From assembly GCA_964106645.2 (NCBI GenBank), contig OZ067039.1: 64,000 nucleotides of DNA. One strand, given 5' to 3'. A program made the position numbers and the translations under genes. Below, piece by piece: positions 1 to 12,558 of this stretch; the stretch's first letter is position 1; each line of letters begins with the position of its first letter. Below the pieces are notes generated by a model, which did no database searches, was not told the origin of the DNA, and saw nothing but the letters and a program-made list of their open reading frames with translations. This DNA comes from Podarcis pityusensis (Eukaryota).

Positions 1-32
1 AATAATGTTACATGTTTCTATCTATACCCCAG

Positions 33-216
33 ACCGCATTGCTCGAAATCGCAAAACTATTGTTTGTCCAATGATTGATGTAATTGACCATGACCACTTT
101 GGCTATGAAACACAAGCTGGAGATGCAATGCGAGGTGCATTTGACTGGGAGATGTATTACAAGCGGATACCCATTCCTCCTGAATTACAGAAACCTGACC
201 CGAGTGACCCTTTTGA
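33..216 (+). CDS. GALNT10: GALNT10 (polypeptide N-acetylgalactosaminyltransferase 10) internal coding exon, equivalent to human exon 6
   Basis: Acceptor cccag| at 31-32 and donor |gtaagt at 217. Encodes (D)[60 protein letters not shown](E), typical of the GALNT10 catalytic domain. 184 bp. Confidence 0.95.
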
Positions 217-668
217 GTAAGTTCATGAAACAAAGTGTGAATAGGTGTTTAACCAGCTAGGCTCTTGACACTGGTGCTTTCAAACGGATAGAAACTATCC
301 TTGGCCATCACAAGTAATGTTTCATTTCAAAAGATAAAATTCTTTTGTGTTATCTCTGTCTACTACAACTTTTTGAAAAGACATAATAAGGTCCATTTCA
401 GATGTATAAAAATAATTTCAATTGCATTCTTGAAATAAATCAGAATGTTGGATATTTAATAGAACATATCGCATGCTGGTACAAATTAAATCAAAATGTA
501 AACTTTATTTTCTTAATAATTATGAATTCAGTTAATATAGTGGTAGAATAGCCTGACCAGGTTGGTCCATGCTTTGGTAACCTCAACACACTTTATTTTA
601 TCTTAACCGTTGTTGCTATGTGTGGGTAAAAATGCAGCATTGTTAAATTAAATATTTGATTCAGAGTA

Positions 669-1032
669 ATTATTATTATTATTATTATTATTATTAATAC
701 CCCGCCCATCTGGCTGAGTTTCCCCAGCCACTCTGGGCGACTCCCAATCTAGTGTTAAAAAAATACAGCATTAAATATTAAAAACTTCCCTAAACAGGGC
801 TGCCTTCTGGCGTCTTTTAAAAATAGGATAGCTGCTTATTTCCTTGACATCTGATGGGAGGGTGTTCCACAGGGCGGGCGCTACTACCGAGAAGGCCCTC
901 TGTCTGGTTCCCTGTAACCTCACTTCTCGCAGCGAGGAAACCACCAGAAGGCCCTCGAAGCTGGATCTCAGTGTCCGGGCTGAACGATAGGGGTGGAGAC
1001 GCTCCTTCAGGTATACAGGACCGAGGCCATTT
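669..1032 (-). mobile_element. L2-clade LINE 3' end with (TAA)n tail
   Basis: Minus strand translates to an L2 ORF2-type C-terminus (...QRAFSVVAPALWNTLP...ALFREVF). Closely similar copy at 17984-18326. Confidence 0.8.
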
Positions 1033-1371
1033 TGCTGCCTAGACCAATTAAGGAGAGGAAGAATGTTAAAAGGTACAACATTGGGCCTTTGTTAGATAAT
1101 GTGGGCTGTATTCCCACACAGATTGACACCTTCCACTATTGGAGGTCTCGTTAATTCATTCTGAAGGAAACTGCCAAGTTCTCCTGGGTTCATAGTTTAA
1201 AGATATACTGTGCAACAACATCACATAGATTAAAAATATTAAGGTGGAGCAGTAGAAAAAATACTAAAGTATGAAATGTGATTTCAGGAATGTTATTTAT
1301 TGATATATGGATGTAATGGTGGCATAACTATAATGATAGGTTTTGTAATGTGAAGGATTTCCCCCCTTAAG

Positions 1372-1489
1372 ATCTCCTGTAATGGCTGGAGGACTGTTTG
1401 CAGTCGACAGAAAGTGGTTCTGGGAGCTGGGAGGATATGATGCAGGCCTGGAAATATGGGGTGGAGAACAGTATGAAATATCATTTAAG
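1372..1489 (+). CDS. GALNT10: GALNT10 coding exon (about exon 7), Gal/GalNAc-T motif
   Basis: ttaag| acceptor and |gtgagt donor. Encodes [39 protein letters not shown]. 118 bp, phase fits the previous exon. Not in the ORF track. Confidence 0.95.
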
Positions 1490-4400
1490 GTGAGTTATGT
1501 TCCATGAAAACTTTTATTTGAAAAAATGCTGAATAATGAAGTAGTTTATAGACGTGAAGCACCAGTTTGCAGGCTTTGTTTTTCTGTGTGTTTATAAAAT
1601 AAAACTGTTGAAAGGATTTCTGCAACATTTCTTGAAAAGAACATTTTACTTTAATAAACCAAAAATATGGCTAAGAATCGAAAGCCTCTGTGAGGTTACA
1701 TGCCAACTGCTAAATGATACCTGATCTGTAATATGAGAAGTGAATATTTGAGTGATTGATAGACAAACTGAAAGGCAATCAGTTTCTGCTAAGCTGGTTA
1801 CGTAGCCAATAGTAAGCCAAGGAAGCAGGAGCATAATGAATGAATAGAATATTATTTTTGTAAGTGTCATGAATCAAAATGGCTTGCTACTATAGTCTTC
1901 TGTACGTAGAACACTCTATTGTCATAAGCTGGAACAAATGAATAAATTCATGTGGGCACCTCATCAAATTAAGAAGCTAGCTACTCATGGATCAGCTTGT
2001 TCATTGACCTGTGTGAGCTATGAGTTTACTTACTAGAATTTGTTAAGTAGAATAAATACAACTGAGGTCTTCAGCAGTACTTCTGGTGATTAAAAGGCAA
2101 ACATTAGATTAATAAACAACTTGGTTACTGTAGTTAGCAAATATTTTAATGTCTTTATTCTACAATGCTTTTGTGTTTTAGCTTTAGTTTTGCCTTGTGT
2201 TTGCAATTATTTCTGATTTTTTAAAAAATACATAGCCATTCTAGTAGGTCCTGCATCCAAGTAAATAAGCCCCACTGCCTCAACATGAATCCAACCAACT
2301 TGCAAAGATCACAGGGGATAATTTTGCCTTGCCAACAGCCCTTCCCTGATTATTATAATTACTTTTTTTTCTGCTCACCCCAAGTAGTTTTTCAAATCTG
2401 AACTGTGATGCAAAAAGCCATCAAACTACATTAATTTGACAATTAACATGCAGCAAACAACATTTTCATCTCATTGTTTAAGTACAAAAAGCTAAGTGAT
2501 AAAGACATATTGAAGGTTTCTTATTTCCTCTGTGAGATTTCTTTACAGTTGGTTCCATTTATCCCTTTTACTAGTGTGGGTAAAGAAATAGTGTAATAAT
2601 GTAATTCTCTGCAGGAGATGGTAGAAGCAGCATTCATCTCTTCCAATTCGGACATTTTCAAAAACAGTAGTTTCCAAGAGTGATGACAGTGACTCTGCAA
2701 GCTCTTTGTCTTTGAAATGCTGGAGCAGACACTATTTGATCTGCAGGAAATAAGAATACTTCATTCATCTGCCTACTTGCACACTGTATTGCAGAGTTTT
2801 ATTTCAGGCCAAGGATGATAATTTATGGTGGGTTAAATTCACTCTAATTAAATCCCAGCAGAAGTCCTCCTTTCTTTGTATTGTTCAACAGAAAAAGATG
2901 TTTCACTGAAATGGTGTGTTTTCAGGAGTTATGATAGATTGATGCTTTCATCTGTGGCTGATAGAAATTCTGATAAAGTAATAAGAATAAAAGATTTGTT
3001 CATTAGCAACAAGAACACAGGGTTTTTGAGGCCTAACAGCTATGAAACTTCATATTCAGTTTCAAAACTGCATCTGTTTAAACATAAAAAGATGCTGAGA
3101 TCCTGCCTCCGAAGGAGCACAAAGAATCCACCTAGCACTTCTTCCAAGTAAAATAAATGGGAAATGTTATGTTTCAAAGACCAAATTTTCAACCCATTTT
3201 TAACCAACTTTCCCCCCTCCCTTCATTAATCTATTCCAGATTATTGCTAGGGAATTATTACTTGGGGAACTGTGTAAGAAAAGGGAAATTATCAGTTCCC
3301 AGCAATTCTAGGAGATAACAAAGGATAGTGTTAATTACTGCACTTATCATTTCATTTCTTTTAATGTAGGGAAATTCCTTTATATACTCACTGGAGCATG
3401 TTTGCGTGACATTAGGGAACCTAATTGTCTCTTGTCTTATGTAGCTTATAGGAAGGACCTGCTTCTCCAAAAAGATTCCTGTATCTTGAAAGTTTTTTGA
3501 TAGCCTGCTCTGGATGAGGATGAAGTAGTCCTATGCAGTCAGCGGTTAAGGAGCTTTTACCTTGTGCTGGTTGCAAGTGAGGCCAGTTTTCTTCAGGTAG
3601 ATTTTAGAAATGTACAATTTGTATTGCTTTTGATGGGAAGTGAATTAGTTGAATTACTATAAAAATGTTTCCAAGTGTTTAATTTTCACCCAAAAGAAAT
3701 TTCTCTTTGCAAGATTATTTTTAAGGACTATTAGGTAGTGTAAATATAGCCTGTCCTCTAGAGCAAATGTTTACATTGAATAAAATAGGCATTTAAGTAT
3801 AGAAAGACTCATAGTTCAATGAGGATACCCATCAAGCTTTGAATGACAGCTATATTTTGAGATTTGATGCAGTACCTCTGATTCTCTGCTTATTCTTGAT
3901 CAGATTGCTGGTTGTAACATAATGACATGGAATCTCTATCCAACTTCTCTGATGGTTTCCCTATTTTGGCTTTGGATGTGAAGTCTTAGGGGATTCTCCA
4001 GCAGTCCTGCTTCCTTCTTAGCTATTCACTGTCTTCAAGGGACAAACTAGACATGACATGGTTTTAAACTATGGAAAGGAAGAATATAAATAAAATTATG
4101 ATGATGCTGATTAAAATGCATGTATACATGTAACTTCTTTACATGTTTATGCTCTCTGGAAGACTTAGAAACAGAAGAGCCTTGCTTTTCAGATTTCTCT
4201 CTTGCTGCTTATAATATGTTTGCACTGGATTACATTTTTAGTGCTGCGTTTTCTACAGAGTTATTGTATAGCACTGATTAATGCTAGTTATTACTTCTCA
4301 TGATATTTTATTTCTCCCCTGTCAGAGCTGTTCCTTGTGATTTTTATATAAAGCTAGCTTTTTTGTGCTTTGTACTATGAACAGTGTTGAATAGATTTTG

Positions 4401-7400
4401 TTTATATAGGCCTCTGCTTGGGATCAGTAGCTACACAGATAGGAATTTAGGTAGCTTTTAACTAGTTTGGGAGGGTGGAAGTTTAAGAAGCATGTAATCT
4501 ATGGCACAATAATATATATGCTTTGGTTTATAATTTTTTATTATACCCTACACCCTAACCACTAGACAACATTGACTTTCCTCATAATAGCAGATAGTCT
4601 TGGTATGGCCAGTCTGATCTCCTTTCTTGTAAAATAAGACAAGCGACAGGGTGATTGCAAGGCATAAACAGTGCAATCCTGTTATTGAATGCAGATGGAC
4701 AAATATTGGCATTGTTTAAGAGGCAACAATGAGCTGTGTGCTGCCTAACATACATAAAATCAGGAGTATCTTATCTGTGCTAGTAGCTACTGTTTTCTAG
4801 CAAGAACAGCTGCTTGATAGACACTTGCTATTTTTAATTTCAGTGCTACCTTTTTAATTCTTACCTTCTTTTTCCTTCTAGTGTATAAGGCTCTCTTTCT
4901 ACCAATCTCTCTTTTTACAGATTAGAATGATAGTTTTCTTTATGCAGGTTGTAATGAATTCTGTCATCACACAAAGGGATTGCTAATAAAATGAATCAAA
5001 GCAGCAATGAAAATGAATAGGATGGCTGCTTTTGAAATTAGATTTGTGTTCGAGTAGCACATTATCAGTTGAAAACATGAGTGTTTTTAAAAGCAGTTGA
5101 GCTGGGTAAGTGTGAGGAAAGGATATCTGCAGCACATTGACAGGAACTCATAAGCCAGTGGACAAGCAGATTGTGTAATCAGAAGTTGTAATTTTTAATA
5201 TTAATGGAATGTGTTAATCCATAATGAAGATAGTTTTCTGAAATGCTATGTAAGTCAGACAACACTGGTTCCGTCTTCTTAGATGTTTTGGGCTTTTACA
5301 TATTGGGTGCTATCCAGTGTTAGTCAGGATCAGAATAAGCCCATTTAAAGTTACTGTCTATTGATTTCAGTGTGCCTATTCTGAGTATAACTTAGATGTA
5401 TATCACCTGTTGTATTTTAATTTTAGCCTGTCCGCTGTTGATCTAATTTCTTTGTTTGGAAGTGTTCTTGTAGCTGTGAGACAATTATGGCCACACTGTG
5501 AAGTTCATGGGGGAAATGCTTTCCCTCAGTTGCTTTTGAAGATCCTTTGCCATCCAATCATTTCTTCCGAGAAGGAGGCTTAGGCCCAGATGAAAAGCAT
5601 CAATCTCTCTGGCTGATTATGTTCTCAGCTAACATAGCTAAACACACTCCTACCCTGGGTGGAGCTAGTATATTCACGTTGCCCTCAGCTACCCAAAATC
5701 ATGCCCCTAAACATTGTTGTAACTGTTGCAATCCCCGCTGGAACCTTAGGTGAAAGGGTGGGAATAAATTAAAATAATAATATTCAACTAATTTTTACTC
5801 TGAGTAGACCGATTTAAATTAATAGAGCAACTTATTCATGTTCATTATTTTCAGTAGATTTATGCTGAGTAAAATTTAATTGATTACCACCCAGTGTATC
5901 CATTAAGAATGGACTAATTAGTCGGTTTCAGTTCCTCTCAGTTCTTCTATATTTCCTATCTTAAATCTTCTTTTGTCCCATTTTCACATTATTTCATAAA
6001 CATTTTGGAAAATCCTACATGGAAATAGGCAAGCATTTTCACTTGCATTTCTCCTAATATAAACATTTTAATACAATTTTGTCTAACATAAGTAATTGTC
6101 TAATATAATGCATTTTAAACTTTATTTCCATTAATGTGTACACCTCCCCCTAATACATATATTTTTATACATATCTTTAAGTTTGGGAACTGCATCCTAA
6201 AATTCAAAAAATTTGAAGGATAGCTGCATTTCAATCTGCACATTTGCTCAGTAAATGTGAATGAGGTAGGTTCACATTACAATGCTAACAATACCAATTT
6301 CTTCCCCATTCCTTGTATCCATTAATGAAACTGCCCATCTGGAAACTGCTCTTTTTGAATTCAAGAATTGATTCAGGGTTGTCACTTATCAAAACCAGTG
6401 GTGAGCAGTACATTCTCACCACTGTTGAATTCATATTTGACAGGCAAGTCAAAGACTGCTTAATGTTTAGTTTCCTCTACAGAATAAAAGCTGGAAAATG
6501 TTTTAATGAAACCTTTGTTGGATCATTAAAATGTTTACCTTAGCAAACCTAGCCAGACAATCCTTTTTAAGACATTTCAGAGCCAGTCTGTTAATAAATG
6601 GGCATGGTACTTTAATACAGATTATGTACATTATTAGTCAAAGAACTTAAATTCATTAAGCCTACTGGAATGCATGCACTCAACACTACATCTGTTTCAA
6701 TTACCTAGACTGGCAAAACTTATATCCATATTTAATCTAGGTATCAAGGAAAGTTCCTAGAGAATGTTGGCACAGATTCAATGCTTCTTGAAGAGAAAAT
6801 AATTTTGTTGACCCTTGTTGTTGTTTAGTCGATTAGTCGCGTCTGACTCTTCGTGACCTTACTTGGACATAAATAGAGCCATAATTCTGCAAGTAGCATT
6901 TAGTTAATTGATGCTCCATTTTTAAAAAATAGTTATGCACGTTTGCTTATTTCAGGAATACATCAGCATATGTATTTCTGCGAAAGCAGCAGTGGAAGGG
7001 CATGTTGGCACTGTAGTAGAGTTACAAAATAGCAAGTAAGGTGTTGATGTGTGACCTAAAATCTTTAACTTTCTCCAGATAACTCTGAGATTGTATGTAA
7101 TAACACTACATAAGAATCTACAAAAGTATTCAACTTTAGTAGTCATGTGTTTACATGTGCATTGACTTTCCGAATTCTTTGAACTACCTAAGCTACACAC
7201 TGCTTTTGATTCATGCTAGGTTCATTTCTTGGTGTTGGATCTGGTGGTATTTTTATGTCACAGTGGTGACATAGTTTCAAATATGCACAACTTTAAAAGC
7301 TTGAATAACATGACGTCTGAATGCATTTATGATGTTTTAAAAATAGTTTACTAAGGTAACAAACTTACTACTTGATATGACTTTGAAAAAGCTTTTATTT

Positions 7401-7453
7401 CCATCATATTCAGAAAATTCTGATCTGTGCTTACTCTCTCTGGCATCTGACAG

Positions 7454-7561
7454 GTATGGATGTGTGGGGGTCGTATGGAAGATATTCCTTGTTCCCGTGT
7501 TGGTCATATCTACAGAAAATATGTTCCTTACAAGGTTCCTTCAGGAGTCAGCTTGGCAAGA
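7454..7561 (+). CDS. GALNT10: GALNT10 coding exon (about exon 8)
   Basis: gacag| acceptor and |gtaaga donor. Encodes [36 protein letters not shown]. 108 bp. Confidence 0.95.
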
Positions 7562-7774
7562 GTAAGAGCCTGTCTTGCTAAATTTCCTTTGTTCCTTGTA
7601 TTCAGTCAAGATGCAATCTTCTAAAAAGATAGTGGGTGAGATGCATTTTTTAACATTAGTGCAAGAAGTTTGGGAGTTGACATTGTTTTGCAAGCAAATG
7701 ATAGCACACAAGCTGAACTCTCACAAACCATAAAAATAGTTGCTCTAAGGGTTGCGCTACATCTTTAACAAGTG

Positions 7775-7847
7775 GTTTCTGTAGTGTAGAGGTTGTCTCA
7801 TTTGCCTAATACACTGAAGGTCCCCATTTCAAAACCAGACAGAAAAA
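7775..7847 (+). pseudogene. Decayed tRNA-Val(AAC) copy
   Basis: Ungapped 73-nt match to vertebrate tRNA-Val(AAC) (GTTTCCGTAGTGTAGTGGTTATCACG..., from memory) with about 17 mismatches, many of them CpG transitions. Anticodon now AAT and B box damaged. Confidence 0.8.
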
Positions 7848-7860
7848 GGTAAATATTCTG

Positions 7861-8038
7861 GGGGAAGGGCCACAGCTCACTGGTAGAGCATCTGCTTGAA
7901 GGTCCCTGGCACCTCCAGCTAGAGCTGGGAAAAACTCCCTGTCTGAAACCCTAGTAACCAGTTGCCAGTCATTGTAGACAATACTGAGCTAGATAGATCA
8001 GTACTTTGAGTCAGTATAAGGTAGTTTCCTTTGTTCCT
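7861..8038 (+). mobile_element. tRNA-derived SINE with CR1-like tail (Squam3-like)
   Basis: A-box head agctcactggtagagcatctgctt, body gccagtcattgtagacaatactgagctagat, tail cagtataaggtagtttcctttgttcct. Related copies at 28143 and 38957. Confidence 0.7.
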
Positions 8039-8690
8039 GTTGTGAGATACTCATTGGATTAGGTTGCTGCACTAGATTAAGAACTGAACAAGGCTATGTA
8101 TAACAATGGCTGTTGGTTGAGCTGGCTTGCACATTTTGATATCCTTTATCTTTAGCTTTCTTTATATTAAAAACCCATTAGAATGACAAACATCATCCCC
8201 CCAGTGAAGGGCAAATGTGTCAATAGTAGGATGATTCCTTTAAACTGGCAGGACGTCTGAAATCAGATTGATTCACATTAATATATTCTTCAGGATAATT
8301 CAAAATATGTACACATGAGGATCCTCAGTGTTACTACCCAGACATTAAAAGTTTGTCCTCTCACATGAGTGAATTTGTCTTCTCACGTTAGTGAATTTTC
8401 ATATGCAAAGATGAGTGCTTTTATTTGGTATTCAGAGGTGTGTAGTTTAAAGAAGGGTAGATACTCCCTCTGGTGGGAAAAGACAGTAACAGAAGAAGAA
8501 GAAACATGACTGAAAAGACTTCTCTCTCCCTCAGTCACAATTAACTACCTAAAGAACACAATTACTTTTAAAGTTCTTTTTGATGAAATACAGTAGATGC
8601 TCAGGGCCCAGTTTAATTCAACCTTTATAGAATGTTCTGGTTGTCTGACTCCTTGGAAGAGCAGTCATCTTACTGTACCATCTGATTGGG

Positions 8691-8836
8691 TTTGGACTTA
8701 TTAATTTTGAACTTATTAATTTTGGACTTATTAATTTTTAACTAATTTTAATTAATTAACTAATTTTAATTAATTATTAACTTATTAATTTTGGACTTAT
8801 TAATTTGGACTTATTTATTTGGACTTATTTATTTTG
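8691..8836. repeat. AT-rich ~15-bp minisatellite (TTGGACTTATTAATT)n
   Basis: Repeated ttggacttattaatt and ttggacttatttatt units with a degenerate middle. Confidence 0.8.
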
Positions 8837-8972
8837 AAGTCCATAAAGTCCTTTATGCGTGCCTCCATGTAAGGCAGCTAATTAATCTCTCATATGTGCA
8901 TCCTGTATAATTCAAATTTATGGATATGCTTATTTTCAATTCTTCATTTCAAATATATTGTCACCTATGTAG

Positions 8973-9194
8973 AACCTGAAGCGTGTTGCTGAGGTGTGGA
9001 TGGATGAATATGCAGAGTACATTTACCAGAGGAGACCTGAATATCGGCATCTGTCTGCAGGAGACGTGACTGCTCAGAAAGAACTTCGCAGTAATCTCAA
9101 CTGCAAAAGTTTCAAGTGGTTCATGAATGAAGTTGCTTGGGACTTGCAAAAGTTCTATCCACCAGTGGAGCCTCCAGCAGCTGCCTGGGGAGAG
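8973..9194 (+). CDS. GALNT10: GALNT10 coding exon (about exon 9)
   Basis: tgtag| acceptor and |gttggt donor. Encodes [74 protein letters not shown]. 222 bp. Confidence 0.95.
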
Positions 9195-10192
9195 GTTGGT
9201 TTATTCAAGAAATTCAGCTGTATCAAGAAGTCCCAGCCATGCTATGGTGTATGGTTGCAGATCAAACCACAGGATTTCCACTACCCGCTGAGTCCATCTT
9301 TAAGTGAAATGGTTGTGCATGTTTACTTCTGTACATACTTGATGGTGCAGAACTTTTCAGAAGGGATGGGAAACCTGAGGCCTTCCCAAAGTTGCTGGAC
9401 TTCCAACTCCCATAAGTGGCAGCCAACAGAGCCAATGGTCATGTATGATGGGAGGGGTGATCTAACAACACCAGTTTCCATATCCCTGTCATGCAGGAAT
9501 TTAGTGAATGTATATGAATATGGCTAGAAAAGGTTGTTTTCAATACACTTCAGAATCCATTAGCAGAAAGCCTAACTTTACTAAAACTATTGAAAACAGT
9601 ACACACTGAACTTCTGAGGTATGTTTGCTCCTTAAGATTTACATACTATGACAGCCCATTATCAGGTTTAACCCTGACCTAAGAATGGGTAGTAAATCCA
9701 AGGCTTTGATCATTTCTTTTTTAATATCACTGCCTTCACAATTCTCCACTGAAGCCACTTGTTAAATGGCTCTCAAGCTCAGATGTGTATTCAACATGCT
9801 GCTTCTTTTCCTTTGAGACACAGAGCAGATTGTTCTAGATCCCTTTTCTTGGCTTCTCAGTTCTTGAGAATTCTTGTCACATCCACACACATACATATAT
9901 AGAAATCATATTGTCTTGTGTCTTTGCATTTATGCCAGTGTTTGTTATGGGATAGCATAGGGACTGCCTGTATTTCAGCCCCGTTTACACACATTTAATA
10001 CGTGTGTGACAATGTATATGCACATCGCACCAAACCCAGAAGTGACCTGGAAACATCATAAAGACATCACTGAAATGTCACTAAAAGGGCAGAATGGGGT
10101 GTTTGCAGGCTTTTTCAGTGCATTTCTATTATACGCAATTTCAATGACATGCGCAGTGCCTCAGAATGTAGCCCCTGTGTAAGCAGGGGACC

Positions 10193-10457
10193 AACCCAGC
10201 AGTTCAAAAGCACACCAGTGCAAGTAGATAAATAGGTACCGTTGCAGCGGGAAGGTAAACGGCGTTTCTGTGCGCTCTGGCTTCCATTACGGTGTTCCGT
10301 TGCACCAGAAGCGGTTTAGTCATGCTGACCACGACTTGAAAAGCTGTCTGTGGACAAACATCGGCTCATTCAGCCTGAAGCAAGATGAGTGACACATCCC
10401 ATAGTTGCCTTTGACTGGACTTAACCGTCCAGGGGTCCTTTACCTTTACCTTTTACC
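10193..10457 (+). mobile_element. Sauria SINE, 5'-truncated
   Basis: gtgcaagtagataaataggtaccg core and (ACCTTT)n tail. Collinear with the full copy at 44106-44486. Confidence 0.85.
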
Positions 10458-10531
10458 TGTACTTCAGTTTCCTTGACTGCCTCTATGTCAAGAAGTTAGA
10501 TGCAAAGCTAATCAGCAACTTAATCTTTCAG

Positions 10532-10648
10532 GTCCGTAATGTAGGAACCGGCCTCTGTGCAGATACCAAACATGGAGCCCTTGGTTCCCCACTACGGGTT
10601 GAAGCCTGTGTGAAAGGCAGAGGAGAAGCTGCCTGGAACAGTGTGCAG
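10532..10648 (+). CDS. GALNT10: GALNT10 coding exon (about exon 10), start of ricin-type lectin domain
   Basis: ttcag| acceptor and |gtattt donor. Encodes VRNVGTGLCADTKHGALGSPLRVEACVKGRGEAAWNSVQ. 117 bp. Confidence 0.95.
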
Positions 10649-11297
10649 GTATTTGCATTCTTTTTTATAATTATCTCATTCTTATTGTTTCCGCAGGCAG
10701 TTTTAGAAAGAACTATTTTATGCAAAGTTTGTATTACTGAAATACCACAATATCTTCACTAATGTAAGACTAAGTGGGGGTTTGCTAGGGGAGTAGAATG
10801 TAATCTGCTGGTCTAGATATTACACAGATGCTAATTATCAAGCTGAAGGCCTTGGTATGTAAACACACCTGGGGTGCAGGAGATGAGTACTTTAAATTAT
10901 GTGCATGAGTGCTGTGGCAGAAAACCATTATTATCTGGAGCCAAATCCAGGTGACTAGAGAGGAGGCAGACAGGAAAAGGTTAATAAGACACTAGTCATG
11001 CAACTGTACTATGCACTGACATCATTTCTATGTATCTTCTGAAAAACCATATTAATGAATCTGCTACTATATCCAGTGACCACTTAGTGTCACAGGAGGT
11101 ATAATTAACACTCCAGTGGATGCTAATGAGAGATTAAACTGGATAGGGAATATTTTCACCGAATATTTTCATTTCTTAATGTATAAGATGCTAGAAGTGA
11201 CAGCTTTATTCTAACATAATATGTAAAATGATAAGTTGCTGACTACCATTTCAGTTGCCTGGAAATGGAAAATTAAACCAACTGACTTTGAAACTTA

Positions 11298-11458
11298 CCA
11301 TATTTTTCCGTGTATATGACTATATTTCCCCCCTATTTTTTCAAGTTTAAAATTGGGGGGGTCATCTGATAGTGCATATGGGGGATTTCTTTATTTGGAG
11401 TCCCAAAAAATAGGAGTTGTGTTATACACAGGGGCGTGTTATACACAGAAAAATATGG
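11298..11458. mobile_element. TcMar (Tc2-like) MITE
   Basis: TA|CCATATTTTTCCGTGTATA...TATACACAGAAAAATATGG|TA terminal inverted repeats. Confidence 0.75.
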
Positions 11459-12408
11459 TAAATCCAAAAGGCCTGCATGAGTTTTATATGCAATTTATGT
11501 TGAGTTGTAAAAATTAATGTGGATGTTGAAATATATTTTTGGTCTAATTCTTCCATAAAGAGATTTCCTTTGTTTTTTTATTAGTACTAACAGTAGCAGC
11601 ATGAAGCAGTTGCTTCCATGTCTTCTCATTACTGAATTGGTGTGGTGCTACTTCAACTCCAGAGATATTCCTGCTGTCCTCCAAAAGAATACAAGCCTAT
11701 AGAGCTCCAGTAACCACACATTTTGTAGAACTGTTCTTGCTGTAGTGAATCTTGTTGTCTCTTGTTTTTCTTCCTGTTGTTAAATCTTTCAGTGCTAGTC
11801 AGTTTCAACTAAGGGAAATTACTGCGACAGATTGTTGGTTATGGTCAGCTAGGTTTTGCTCCAGAGTAGACTCATTGAAATTAATAAGCTTGATTAAGTT
11901 AGGTTCATTTTATTCACTTGGTCTGAATAAAATTTAAAAAGCACCCTATATTAGTTCCATTTCTTTTCTTCCCATTTATTTATTTATTTATTTATTTAGC
12001 AGATTTATATCCTGTTTTTTAACTACAGTCTTCAAAGTGGCTCACAATATTTATAAACATACAATAGATACTTCAAGAGCCACTCACTTAAAACAAACCA
12101 AAATCAATCTGCTCCGTTTGAGCAACTGATGTTCTTTTCCACAGGGCAACTGGTATTAAATGGCCCGTGGGGGGGGGGGTGTCATTTGCAGGCTTCCAGT
12201 TCAAACACAACTGCCATTGTAGAGCTCCTTTTCAGTGTTTGCGTTTCTTAACAATGCCACAATTCTATTTCTGTATTTCTTGCCCTGTCCAAAGGAGAGG
12301 GTAGTTCTTCACATTGAGTAGTACTGAAGGGCAATGATGCATAAAACAAAGAAGTCTGGATTTTTGTCCTCATCGTTTGTTCTGAGGGTTTGATGTTTGT
12401 CCTAGCAG

Positions 12409-12558
12409 GTGTTCACATTTAGCTGGCGAGAGGACATCCGTCCAGGAGACCCTCAGCACACAAAGAAATTCTGTTTTGATGCTGTTTCCCACAACAGCCC
12501 AGTGACTCTCTATGACTGTCATGGAATGAAGGGGAATCAGCTATGGAAATACAGGAAA
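12409..12558 (+). CDS. GALNT10: GALNT10 coding exon (about exon 11), lectin domain
   Basis: tagcag| acceptor and |gtgagt donor. Encodes [50 protein letters not shown], with a QxW motif. 150 bp. Confidence 0.95.

Noticed and set aside
6396-6424. Iron-responsive element
   Set aside because: The loop is CAGTACATT rather than CAGUGN, there is no bulged C, and the site is intronic.
7775-7847. Functional tRNA gene (apparent AAT anticodon, Ile)
   Set aside because: The body is tRNA-Val with broken stems and a mutated B box, so it is called a pseudogene.
9195-9527. C-terminal extension of the 177-aa ORF at GALNT10 exon 9
   Set aside because: Intronic read-through that runs into a degenerate MITE. 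Homology stops at the donor.
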